This document shows, one piece after another, positions 1 to 15,661 of a stretch of DNA of 55,895 nt. The notes under the pieces were generated by a model. The model did no database searches and was not told the DNA's origin. It saw only the letters and a program-made list of their open reading frames with translations. This DNA comes from Lobosporangium transversale (taxonomy: Eukaryota). Each line of letters opens with the position of its first letter. Within the stretch, counting starts at the first letter, position 1. The stretch is taken from the NCBI RefSeq assembly GCF_002105155.1, contig NW_019029010.1, forward strand, positions 434,001 through 489,895, read 5' to 3'. Made by a program: the position numbers and the translations under genes.

Positions 1-139
1 GGAAACTGTCAGGGTAAAAAGAAGAAAGAAAGAAAGAAGAAAAATGCATGTAAGACTATGGTCTTGTTGCTATTACTAACGTGTCCTTCAATCATTCATG
101 TTTTTTTATTTGTTTGTTTGTTTGTTTTGATCTTTCAAG

Positions 140-673
140 ATCTTTGATACTGTTGACGTGAAAGAGTACAATGTCAACCATGTGCTACTAGAGTGGATTG
201 GCAATTCGGTCAACGATATGATAGCAGATTCAGTTCTAGCGGTGATCCTCAACATTGAGTCAAGTCCGGCCTCTGTTAAGCTCACAAAATCAGACCATAC
301 CCACTCACATACACATGGACAGCCTCATCATCATCCATCTTCATCTATCAAGGTTGAAAAGGAAGACACGAAAGAGAGCAACGACATCTTGTCAACAAGT
401 GGTGGTGATGGTGTTATTAGTAGTAACGGTGATATTTCTTTGGTGGAACGTAATCCTTCAGACGAGTTCCAGGATCTAGTCATGTTCTTCGCAAGCCAGT
501 TTGGAGCCGAGAATGTGGAGCAAGATGAAAAGACTAGGACCATTGAGATCACAATGGATGGTGTACAGGCAACGGTTGACTGCAATCAGTTCGTGGTCAA
601 ATGTGAGACAGATGCTTTGAGGCACCGAACCCAGAACGTCTTGGAACGCGCTGTACGTACTTGCATGCAATAG
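140..673 (+). CDS. YSH1: 3'-terminal exon of pre-mRNA 3'-end processing endonuclease CPSF73/Ysh1 (gene starts before the window)
   Basis: The peptide IFDTVDV..HVLLEWIGNSVNDMIADSVLAVIL matches the CPSF73-100 C-terminal domain motif (LEW.G...ND..AD.V) as recalled. A GT..AAG intron at 14-139 places exon 140-673 in frame. Stop TAG at 671-673. Confidence 0.85.
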   Translation: MFDTVDVKEYNVNHVLLEWIGNSVNDMIADSVLAVILNIESSPASVKLTKSDHTHSHTHGQPHHHPSSSIKVEKEDTKESNDILSTSGGDGVISSNGDISLVERNPSDEFQDLVMFFASQFGAENVEQDEKTRTIEITMDGVQATVDCNQFVVKCETDALRHRTQNVLERAVRTCMQ

Positions 674-871
674 AGGAACAAGGAAAAGAAAGGGGAAGAG
701 GAAGTCTTTAGTCTCTACTTTTTATCGAATAAAGAACATCTATTGTAGTGTATTAATCTTTGCTACACTATTTTAGTTCTTATTGTTATTATTATTATTA
801 TTATTATTTATTGCTTTGTTATTTTTATTATGTAAACTATTCAGCATCTGGTCACCCAACACTAATTTAAA

Positions 872-2434
872 TTACAGAAGATGCATAACTAGATGTTTGA
901 TGTCGCTATTATTAGTACTGATGCTGTTGATGCTGCTGACTTTTGGACATTGTTGTTGCTGCTCCACTTGTTCTATACGCGACACAGCCGCATCCAGTCT
1001 TTCGATAGTTGTCAACAATTGTTGTATCCGCTCATCTTTACGATTATTTTCGTCTTCAAGTTGTTGAATAAGGGCTAATGCTTTAACTTTTTCTCCTTTT
1101 CTGGAACTATGATTGCTTCTAGTTGATGCTGATGTTGACAGGGCTGAAGTAAAAACTGGTGAAGATGACGACAACGATGATGAGGTTGATAAGGATAGTG
1201 ATGATGATAGTTGTGCACTCTCGATGAAGACTGAGCTGTTCCTGTTGCTCTTCTCCATACTGTGTTGTTGTTCTTGTTGCTGTTGTTGTTGTTGAAACTC
1301 CTGCTCTTTATCTTGAGACCAATGATTGAATAGTTCATGACTATAACTGTATCTTCTATGACTCTTGCCACTATTATTGCTGATGCTGGAGAATAAAAGT
1401 GTGCCTTCATCATAATCATCGTGGCCATGACTGCTACTACCACTGCTACTACTACTACCACTACTACTTCTACTACTATTACTACCACTACTACCATTAT
1501 TACCATCACCAATAATAGTACTGCCGCCAATAACAGTGCTACCAGCACTCAATGTCGACATACGTTTCATCTCCACGATCTCACGCTCCAACAACGTGAT
1601 CCGCTTTAACTTTGTGATCTGTTCTCGAGCCTGGTGCTTTAACTGGTTCTCCAAGTCCTCCAATACTACCTGTTTTTGCAATAGGTTCGCCTCATAGTGT
1701 TGAATTAGCTGTTCCAGTTCATGGATCTCCAATTGATGTCGGGCCTCTGATTCCTTCGTTTGAAAATCTCGACGTTGATGAGTCAAGAGCAATTCTTGTT
1801 TGAGCCCTTGGAGATATCGCTCCAGTTCTGTGATCTTGGACCTTAATGTCGAATTCTCAAGAGTCAATCGCCTTGAGGGCATAAAACCAGCCAAGAAAGA
1901 GAATCGACGGCGTCCTGAAGTTGAATTATTATTCTTACACTTGTTATCATATTTGCTAAAGCATCTAGCGTAATCGTTGTTGATAATGTTGCTACTGTTG
2001 CTATTAGTGTAATCAAAGCTGTAGGTACGGTTTTGACTAGAGTTGACGCTCAAAGTACTAGCAAGGTAACCACTGTTGTACCCTGATATTAAACCTGTTC
2101 CCAAAGTCGGCGAGCTTTCTAGGGTCAGATGGCTACCACTGTTGTTGTTTCCACCCTTCTTGGTGTCATTGTTACTGCTGCTTCTATTGTAATTCCTGAT
2201 CCTGTCATTGCTGCTGCTACCCATACTCTTGGTCTTATAGCTGCTATGCTCCTCATCGCCGATGTCTCTGATACTCGCAACTGCATCCTCCAAGTCACCG
2301 AGTGCTCTTGAAAATGCCCTGGCGTTCATGGCAAAAAGAGAGGGCACAGTTGGTTCCTGTTGTGTTCCTGGCACTGGAATGGGTGTAGAAATGAGTTGTG
2401 ATAATGGATCAATAAAACGTATCTTATAGCCCAT
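872..2434 (-). CDS. Hypothetical Ser/Asn/Gln-rich coiled-coil protein
   Basis: Long uninterrupted ORF. The plausible ATG is at 2434 (MGYKIRF); the upstream extension is poly-T derived. Heptad-rich segments LENSTLRSKITELERYLQGLKQELL and LIQQLEDENNRKDERIQQLL. Confidence 0.7.
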   Translation of the reverse strand: MGYKIRFIDPLSQLISTPIPVPGTQQEPTVPSLFAMNARAFSRALGDLEDAVASIRDIGDEEHSSYKTKSMGSSSNDRIRNYNRSSSNNDTKKGGNNNSGSHLTLESSPTLGTGLISGYNSGYLASTLSVNSSQNRTYSFDYTNSNSSNIINNDYARCFSKYDNKCKNNNSTSGRRRFSFLAGFMPSRRLTLENSTLRSKITELERYLQGLKQELLLTHQRRDFQTKESEARHQLEIHELEQLIQHYEANLLQKQVVLEDLENQLKHQAREQITKLKRITLLEREIVEMKRMSTLSAGSTVIGGSTIIGDGNNGSSGSNSSRSSSGSSSSSGSSSHGHDDYDEGTLLFSSISNNSGKSHRRYSYSHELFNHWSQDKEQEFQQQQQQQEQQHSMEKSNRNSSVFIESAQLSSSLSLSTSSSLSSSSPVFTSALSTSASTRSNHSSRKGEKVKALALIQQLEDENNRKDERIQQLLTTIERLDAAVSRIEQVEQQQQCPKVSSINSISTNNSDIKHLVMHLL

Positions 2435-2535
2435 TAGGAGGGGGAAATGAAAGAAAGAAAGAGCAATAAAAAGGAGGGGCAAAGAAAGTAAAAGCAAAAG
2501 GGAAAGGGAAAGGGAAAGGATTTTTTTTTTTAGAA

Positions 2536-2567
<32 letters not shown>

Positions 2568-3472
2568 TTGGTGGTACAAACATTGATTGGCCAATTTTTT
2601 CCTCGACCACGATTGTCCATTGTCTGTGCGCGCGTGCTTGGCGTCAGGAATCGTTCCAATATTATAGGGCGATAGGTTAGGTTCAACAAGAACAAAAAAA
2701 ATCATCTGCTCAACAACACCTTTTTATTTCTTGAAGTCTAATATAGAAGATGTGAGAACAGAACGCGAAAGAAAGAAAAGGAATGAAGGAAGGAATAATG
2801 AAAAATTATATAGTCAATGGCTATATAAAAAAATAAAAAATAAAAAATAAAAAAAATAGATAGACGGTCTATACTCGTCGTAATTAACCTCCCAGGTCAA
2901 TTGCTAACCACAGCAGTGATTAACTATTCTAATTCTACACCCATTTCATATCCTCTCTTATACTTTTTACACTACTTTTTTTTTTTTTTTTTTTTTTTTT
3001 CCCTCGTTCTTTCTCCTTGTAAAAAAATGGTTAGAACAGTAATAAACAAGGGGAAACGACCTTGATGGAATACCGTCATGATGTACCGTCTACAAATGTG
3101 CTTCTTTCTTCTTTATCATATCTCAAGTAGAAACGACTGATGAAATGATGAGAATGGGAGATACTGGATTCTCCAAGGTGACAGTACCGTCATCTGTTTT
3201 TACTGGTCCAAGTTGATATATCGATTGAGTCACATTTCCCTTATCATTCCGCAGAGGCAATATTAATGTTCACACATAACTTTCTTTTTTTATGTAATAG
3301 AGTTGCAAATCAAATATTTTTATATGTATGTATGTAATAAGGTCGCTTTCTCTCAACAATGACTAATGGACACGCGCTTTTTCTTTTTTTAGGAAATTAG
3401 CATCAGTCTATTAAAAAGTGACAAGAAAATAATATAACGTCGTGTCCTGCTTAAAGTCAATTGTCCTCTTCA

Positions 3473-7288
<3,816 letters not shown>

Positions 7289-8469
7289 GTTGAAATTATA
7301 GACTGCTTACTGATCCAAGATGAAGAGTTGAGTGTAAATGAAATGAAGCTTCCTTTTCACTGTCTTTCTCCAATGAATTGTCGTTGTTTTATTTCTATTA
7401 TTAACGACAGTAAAAAAGAAAAAAGAAAAGAAAAAGAAAGGGGATGAGAGAGAGAAAGAGAGAAGGTAAAGAGATGAGTGAATGCGGTCTAATGAAAAAT
7501 AAAAATGAAAATGATGACCGACGATGGCTGATCAGTGACGGTGCAGAAAGAGAAAGACTTTCTTTGACTGCGAATTTTTCATTCCTCATTTTTCTTACCT
7601 GCAAGTGAACGGAGCAAATAATAAAATGCCACGCAACGTCAGAAAAAGAAGGGGAGAGTTGAGGAAGGTAGAAAGAAGAAGAGAAGAGAAAAGAAAAGAA
7701 GAGAAGCGGGAAAGAGACTAGGGATCTGAAAAAGACCGAGTTTCTTGTTCGCCCTTCTTTCCACCTGTGTTCCCTATCTCTTTTAACTCCTGTCATATAA
7801 ACATTCTTTCTCTTTCACTCTCTCTCCTCGTTATGTCTTCAGACATCCAAGCCAAGCGCCGAACTCTTTTTATCCTTTCCAATGTATTATTACGTCCAAC
7901 ACTGTTACTTGTTAGGATAGGAATAGGATACAAGGATACTGGATCCCTGATGGGAACCTGTGCACGTGATGGCCTTATCTCTCCCCCTTGTAGACAGGAT
8001 GCACTTGTAAAAATATCTGCTAATCAAGCTAATCAAACAATTGTTGCAAGTTTTAAACCCTCGTTTTAGTGCAAAGGACATCCAAAACAAAAAACAAAAA
8101 ACGTTTCGATCACCCATTGGCTGCGTATTTATTAAATAGCATACGATCCATCCGCACTCAACTGTTCCCTTGTACAGAGCAGTTCTATATTGAAAATGCG
8201 GCTTTATTTTCTTTCATGAATGGATCGTGGACCTGGGAATGATTTTCCATTTATTCCATTTATTGTTCCATGACAGACAAGGATCACTGCGTTCAGGGGA
8301 ATCTCTTACTTTCCCCCCTTTCCATTGGACCACCTGGACAATTGCATTCTCTTTTGTCTTTCTTTTTTTGGTAAATTCATGGCTTATGATTATATTTTTG
8401 CTCTCAAACAACATTGAACATTACGTATCTTGCATCCCAAAACATTAGATGAAACCTTCCTTATTATTT

Positions 8470-8969
8470 CTACCATACATACTTCAACTCTATCAACTCG
8501 TCCTTCATGGTCTCTGCCACTTCATCAAGAGGTGAAACTGGCTCACTACTACTCTCAACCGAGTGTCTTGACAGAGTTTGTGTAGCTCGACGTGCTATCT
8601 TGATTTTTTGAAGATCACGTCGACGCTCCATATTCTCCTGATATCGATCCAACCCTTCATCCAAATGAGCACTCCACACCTCATACAGGTGACTTGAATC
8701 CGTGAACGCATATAGACAATAGTCCAACTCGGATGGATCCACATGACTATAAATACCATGAAGAGTCTTCATCTCTACTCCAAACGGATTGACCACCATC
8801 GATAGCCCATTTGATCCAACATCGACCTTGTCATAATCTGGTGGCTCGATCCGCACAATATGAGCCAATGGAATCACTCCAACCGCACTTTTCCTCTGTT
8901 GATACTCTGCGTCATACAATTTAATCGCCCGTCCTTCCAATACTGCCCAGAACCGTTTCCAAGACTAAG

Positions 8970-9000
<31 letters not shown>

Positions 9001-9692
9001 AAGTCATATAAAATAAGTTAAAACAAATGAAGAAATAACAATATTAGCATAATGGTTTTGTTCTTCTTAATGATAAAAACTTACAGCCATTTTACCCCCA
9101 CGTATCATGAGAGTTAGGAAACCCTGATATAACACCTCAGTTTCCCATGAACGGTCTTCAACGGGTTCCTCTAGGATATGAAGTCCAATCATGGCTACGA
9201 CCTCACAATCAGATTTAATCCCCGACTTGTTCAACTCCTCTGTAGGCTTGCGTAGTCGGTACGTGTGGACTGATTTCTCTGCGGGTTCCAAGCAGAATGA
9301 CAGATCAAGATGACCAAGAGTCACAGTTTGGTTATTGGAGAAACCGGCCATGGTGCCGAGCTTGGTTGGTACTGGATTACCTGCCACAGTCATCTCGAGT
9401 TGGAATGGTCCATTCACGTCACTTGTTAAAATAAATAAGTGAGGAGGAAGAGGAATAAAGGTGAGGATTCATTGAAGTAGAAGAAGAATGAAAAAAAACC
9501 TATTTAACAAACCCACGACTTGGAAGAGTAGAGGAATCCTTACAATAAAAAGACCTCGTTCATAGTCGCAGTGTTCCCGGGGTTGTCTTTAAATGATCGC
9601 GAAGGATACGATGTTCGTTCAGTATTGCCAACTTTCAAACTCCATTCAACGTCAAAAAGTTTGGATGAAGCCTTGTTGGTCACCTGCATCAC

Positions 9693-9734
<42 letters not shown>

Positions 9735-10649
9735 GCGTCTTTAATGTCAGAAGTATGAGCAGATTATCACTACTATCATTATTACCATTTTGGCTTTCCA
9801 AACACTCGGTACAAAAGGAATGAATTGTCTAAATACTAATCATTTGACTTACCCTTGACGTACAAAATGCCTAGGGGCTCATTGAGATTATAATACCCAG
9901 ATTTGACAAGACTAAGAGTGATTTGAGGGAACTCATGTTGCGTTATAAAACAGAGCTCAAAAGAATGGCTCGACATTTTATACAATAACCCTTTCGTTTT
10001 GTTTTGTTTTGCTTTGCTTTGCTTACTTTTGGCTGCCATAACGGCTATTGTCCATTATGTCCCAGACTTGGCCAGACTTGAGGACATTTTTCAACTCTGC
10101 AGTAGTCACAGATGTTGACCCATTTTGAATCCATGCTCTTCGTTGAGTACAAAAGTGATCCAAAGAAGGGATAGAAGGTGGACAATGAATGATAGGCGGC
10201 TCCTCTTTTGGGTAAGTTCTGATAGACCCGGAACTATGCGAGCTCTTCGTAAAGGAGCCGAGGCCGTTGGGTGTTGCTGTTAGATATTGTCCGCTGTGGC
10301 CGCTATTGTTATTGTCACTACATATTCCTTCCACTCCTGCTGTAGGAGTTATAGAAGGACCAATAGAGCCTGCAGTTAATCCTGCAGCTTTGCTCACAGT
10401 ATCACAAATTGAACCAGCGTTGAGTCCTAGTGACTTTTCGATTCTGATCTCTGCGTTCGAATGACATGTTTTTGATAATGATTGAGTACCTGTGCCGTCA
10501 GCGGCAGCACTAGCAGTTGCAGCGATGTTCTTCCTTTTTTTGTCTCCTGTTAGAGATATTTTTTTAGCCTGCTTGCTCAGAAAATTCCCCGGAATCGAGA
10601 GCGCACCGTGAAGATCCTTGCCAATCTTTTTGAATGTTTCGTTCTGCAT
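8470..10649 (-). CDS. Anillin/Bud4/Mid2-like protein with a C2-like region and C-terminal PH domain, 5 exons (10649-10027, 9911-9853, 9691-9544, 9421-9085, 8964-8470)
   Basis: Spliced peptide GILYVKVMQV...MNEVFLFDVNGPFQLEMTV (C2-like), then YQGFLTLMIRGGKMASWKRFWAVLEGRAIKLYD...W (PH beta1/beta2 signature and terminal Trp helix). Four GT-AG introns keep the frame. The start codon is uncertain and the family call is inference. Confidence 0.7.
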
Positions 10650-12705
10650 TCGGATATGTAGAGTGCTGATGTTTGTTTTTGGTTGCTTGTTTATCTCTGT
10701 ACAGAAAAGGGGAACAAAAAAAAACACAAAGTCAACAACGTGTTAGAGGGGAGGGAGTTGCAAGTGTAGGGTATAAGATTATGAAGAGAGTGGAAATGAA
10801 GGGAGATAGGATATGTTGACACGATCAGTAAAAAAAAAAAAAAAAAAAATTATATATAAAAATGCAGTTATGAACAAGTGTGTCTGAGGAAAAGAGAGTG
10901 AAAGACAGCCAGAAGAAAGGTAGGGATAGGAACAGGCAGAATAGAAGATCAAAATGCTTATGCTCAGGTTTTTTTTTTTTTTTTTGTGAAATAAACATTT
11001 GCTCAACGCCATTTTTGGCAGCCTGAGGAGAAGAGTTTATACGCGCGCACATTCTGCTTTCAACCAAAAATAGGCCAGAAGCTCATGCAGGACACAGCTG
11101 TGATTGTGGAAGGAAAATTTGCTGGGCAACGTTTAATCCGGTGCTTTGGACATTAATACTCTTTTATTCTACACTATACTATACCGTGCCAAGGCATGCT
11201 CCGCTCATGTAACATCTATCTCCAAGAAGCCCAAGGAGAAGATCCTGATTGATAATAGTCAGGCCTTATAAAACTAAGTGAGTAAAATGCAATATCTATA
11301 AGCCTTCTTTCACTCTCGTACACATGTTCATACACGTTAGCTTTTTCCCTTTACTATTGCTATTATGGCCACAAGTGTTACTCCTTTTTGCAGTTGTGAG
11401 GGTGAGTAAACAAATCACCAGTATGGAAGCAAAAGGGAATAAAAAAAATGCAAGAGGAGGTTATGATTAGAGCTTTGCAGGGTGTCTTGGGGTGAAGACA
11501 CAAATGGGATTGCTTATGCGAGCTATCCGAGACAAAAAGTACGGAAGAGGAATGATCGATTTGCTGCATGTTCAGGTCCACTGTCTCGGATTTTCAGGGC
11601 CCAAACTTCAACACACTCGCAAAAGCAGCTACAGCACTTCACAATAAACTACAGTCTCCAAGGTCGTTGGAAGAGATACTGAATAATGACGCCAAGTTAA
11701 AATCTTTATTATGCGTTGTGTCAACCGTGAAGAGTCAGTCCTTATCTTACTGAGTACAACCCAGCTATCATAATAATGAAGACAAATGCGATGTCCTTCA
11801 TTTTCAAAACATCACATCTCTGTGAAGAGTGGATAAAGAGCGCTACCTCAAGTGAGTCTTCGATTGTAGACTAAATTTTGCTCTCTCAATGAGGAGGAAT
11901 ATCATCTTGATCTGTTGACTCACGAACTTTGGAGCTATTGTAGTATAGCAATTCCTTTTGTGCCTTTCTCTTGCGGCCAAGGCTGTTGATGAAATGACGA
12001 CGCTGATTGGCTGTTGGATCAGAATGGAAGAGCCACCAAAGACGTCTTTAAGTTGAAAGGTGATGCCGTTCCTGCTGAATATTACAGCACATTTATTCAC
12101 ATACACTATTTACTATCACTTTCTCTTTCGCTTTCTCTTTCGCTTTGTCTATGATTCAATTGAAGAACATTTGGACCTCGATAACCACCGTTAATTTTTT
12201 GTACTCCTTCATACCGATGACTTACAGCTTCTTGGCCAGCTATCAGAGCCGGGGGATGCTTGACGCCTAAAACTAAGGGTATCCAATAGCTAGTCCTGAC
12301 CCCATTCTACCAGGCCTAAAGAGGGCTCCAGATAGTGCGTCAAAGCACTGTTATTACTGCTAGATAATCCAGGAACCTGAGAGGCTTCAGAACGAGAACT
12401 GATCTATGTGAGGACGAAGATAAGACTAACAAGCTGGACAGAGCAAAGAAAAAGTAAGATGATAAGGAACCTACCTGAAGCGGATCGAGTCTTGAATGAC
12501 GAATGAAAAACAGCCAATTCCGCGGAAGAGATCGAAAAAAAAAAAAAAAAAAAAAAAAAGAAGTCCAAGTAGCACATTGGTTAATCATTGTATTCAATTT
12601 TCATAGTCGGTCCTTTTTTTTCCTTTGCTCTCCCTATTACTCTATCCTTGTCAAACATGAAGGCGATCTCCCAAGCAAAAGTCAAGATGTTGCATGACAC
12701 TGTCT

Positions 12706-12768
12706 ACAAAAATCCTCCAGGGGGAACAAAGGTCTTCTAGGGGAACAAAAATCCTCTAGGGGAATAAA
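12706..12768. repeat. Imperfect ~19-20 nt tandem repeat (GGGGAACAAAAATCCTCTA-like, about 3 copies)
   Basis: Visible directly in the sequence. Confidence 0.6.
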
Positions 12769-15306
12769 GAAGAACAAAGGGAGACAAAGAGAGTATGAAA
12801 GAACCGTCTCTAAGATAGCGACCCTATTGATAAGGTAGAGTACATGTGCACATACAGCCTTTGCTCTATGTCGTGTAATCAGGGCAAATTGGTATTGGCT
12901 TACTCAATGTCAAAAGCAATAATTCGATGTCTGTCCTTCGAGCAAAACTCATGGTTTCTATTTGACAATTGTTTTTCCATATTCCAAACCCTATTTGTTA
13001 AGAAGTACTGTCTTGGGGGACCCTTCTTTTTTTCATTTTATTAGAATCCTGGTGATGTCTATTGGGGCATTCTATGCGACGTTGTGGATCAATTCTCTCG
13101 GTCCACCAATAGGCATTAGTTTTTTTTCAAAGGTGCTACTACAGAGTTTTTCGCTCAAAATTAGCAAGTCACACTACTACAGTTATTCTGGCACCCCGGC
13201 AAATAGCAATGGACAACATTGTCTGTGCCCTACAAACGAAGAAAATGGCAGTAATCATTCAGCAACCGAACTACTGGATTTTTGCTTCGTTTGTATTACA
13301 ACTATCAGTCGAGTACAAGGAACATTCGCCCTGACTTTGTCAAACAATGAGGTTTCCTGATCTACACAAAGGTTAACAAAAAAAAAAAAAAAACATCCCC
13401 ATTATAATTCCCCTGAGCAACATCATTCATACTCCCCCTTTTTCTCTTTCCCCTTTTCCTCCTTCTTCGTCTTCTTTTCCCCCTTTTCTCCCCTTCTGCC
13501 ATTATTTGTAGACGACTCGAGGGCATAGTCCGTTACCCATCCAAACGATATACCATTAACCATAATGTGGGTAAGGATGTCTTTATGAGGTTCATATTTT
13601 AATAATGAATAACACCCCATGGAGCACACGGGCACGTAAAAATAGAAGCCCCAAGGAAATTGAACGATAATGTAGACAAAGAAAGGAAGGCATTGTTGCT
13701 CTCACACGTTTTCTTTTTTTTTTTTACTTTTTAAGCATGCATGCATTGACTGATATATACTTTTTTGCATTCAAACAAGATAAACAAATAGCAAACAATG
13801 AAATATTCAATGTGAGGAGAGGAGAGGAAAACGAAGAATGAAGGAGAATTTTCAAGAAGACAAACTATTTTTTTTATTATTATTATTATTATTATTTTTT
13901 TTTTACTCATCATCAAGACCACAAAGCAACACTAAAATATAGAATAAAATTACATCTAAATAATATCGATGCTCTTTGACCTTGCATGCAAGTGACTGAT
14001 AAATGGATATATACAATCTATATGAAAATGATGGGTCCTGGGTCCTTGTCTGCGTCCTTGAGCCAACAACACATGTTTATACTATGCTGCACATGGCAAT
14101 TGCTCATATACATGTGTGTGAACTCATGGCAAATGACCTATATGAATGGTGCGATTCGATTCGTCCCCAGCTTGATATCTGTTCGTATATCAAACTATCG
14201 TATATCAACATTCTCTTGATGGAAAGATTAATACTTCTATGCCTTTTAAAGTCGACACAAAATGTCACCTCAGCCCATGTGTTTTCTTCTTAAAGCCCCC
14301 TCCATGTAAAAAATGAACATTTCGCATTGCTAATAGGATTTCAATCAACTGTTATCGATCATTCCGTTGCAGTTATTGGCGATGCAATATACTAAAAGGA
14401 TTAAAAGAAGAATCCAACCATCATCTTGATCACTGTACCAATCCGATATTATTAAAACTATAACTGACGTTTTATGCAACAGCACATCACTGTAACTAAA
14501 CAATTTGAATTAAATGACGACTCTGGTGTGACAATGTTGATGGGTCATCATAAATGGTAATGTCCAATCCTATTTAATTTTATGAGTACTGTCGGTTCAC
14601 GAAGGTGTTAGACAGAGGAACAGAAAGTAAAGAAAGAAAGAATCACATTGACGAAGCATGTGTAGAGGATTAGATGACCGGTGAGGATCATGATCCACAT
14701 TTCTACTTCCCTATAGCTTAAAGGACCCTTTTGAATATGCATTGCGTGTTAACTGTCTAATGTGGGTAGTAATTATTCGTTATAAAACGGCATTTGATCC
14801 ATCTCTGTCCACAACCATCGCTCTTTACTTTCTCTCTCTCGCTCTCTATCCTTATTTCTTTACTAACTTTTTTTGCTCCTCCGTAAACCGTCCGTATCCA
14901 AGAAGAAAAGAAAACCAGGGACTTTGCCAAAAATCACATAGTGCTTTCATTGTTTTGATCTTTTTTACAAACATTGCCCAGTCCTCGTCCCCCATTTTGT
15001 TCTTTCAAGTGCCTTCACCCCCTTTCCTTCGATTTTTCTTTACTTCTCACCCCCTCTCTCTCTCTCTCTCTGTCTCTTTCTTCAGGTCCCGAATGTGCAG
15101 ATCGACCATTACGAAGTAAGTAAGACATTCGATGTCCTCACATCATCACCAATTCATTTTTGGCCGTGCATTTCATTCATATCCTCATCTAGCCCAAGCA
15201 AACAAAAAGGGAGAAATAAGACAATTCATTTTTTGAAATGCACCCCGAATTAAATTGCGCTTTTTCGGTGCATTGCTATTTTCACCACATTCGAACTCTT
15301 TTTTAT

Positions 15307-15351
15307 TTTACTTTACTTTACTTTACTTTACTTTGCTTTACTTTACTTTAC
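15307..15351. repeat. (TTTAC)n microsatellite
   Basis: About nine pentamer units with one TTTGC variant. Confidence 0.85.
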
Positions 15352-15434
15352 TCTATTCCTTTTTTTATTAATAATAATAATTATTCCTCTTTGCTAATTG
15401 TGTGCTCTTTTTTTATTATAAGTTCTCCATCTCC

Positions 15435-15471
<37 letters not shown>

Positions 15472-15661
15472 CTTCAATCTTGTCTTGTTCTTGACTCATT
15501 TCTTTTATCGTCTTCTTCTTCTCTCTTCTTCTTCTCTCTCCATCTCTTTCTTTCAAAGACATACATCCCTTTCTCTAACAAGCCCTATAGGCCAACAGTC
15601 TAACGATTTTATAAGATATATTTTTTTTCATTGCTCTTTCCTACATTTAATATAACTCGCC

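Noticed and set aside
2435..2695. N-terminal extension of the 607-aa ORF with poly-Phe and an apparent TM segment
   Set aside because: It derives from poly-T and TTTCCC repeats and a non-ATG start, so it is likely 5' UTR.
3050..3200. Hammerhead or C/D snoRNA-like words (GAAAC, CTGATGA, ATGATGA)
   Set aside because: No stem II/III geometry and no downstream CTGA box with a terminal stem.
12706..12790. CRISPR-like array
   Set aside because: The repeats are tandem without unique spacers, the context is eukaryotic and no cas genes are present.
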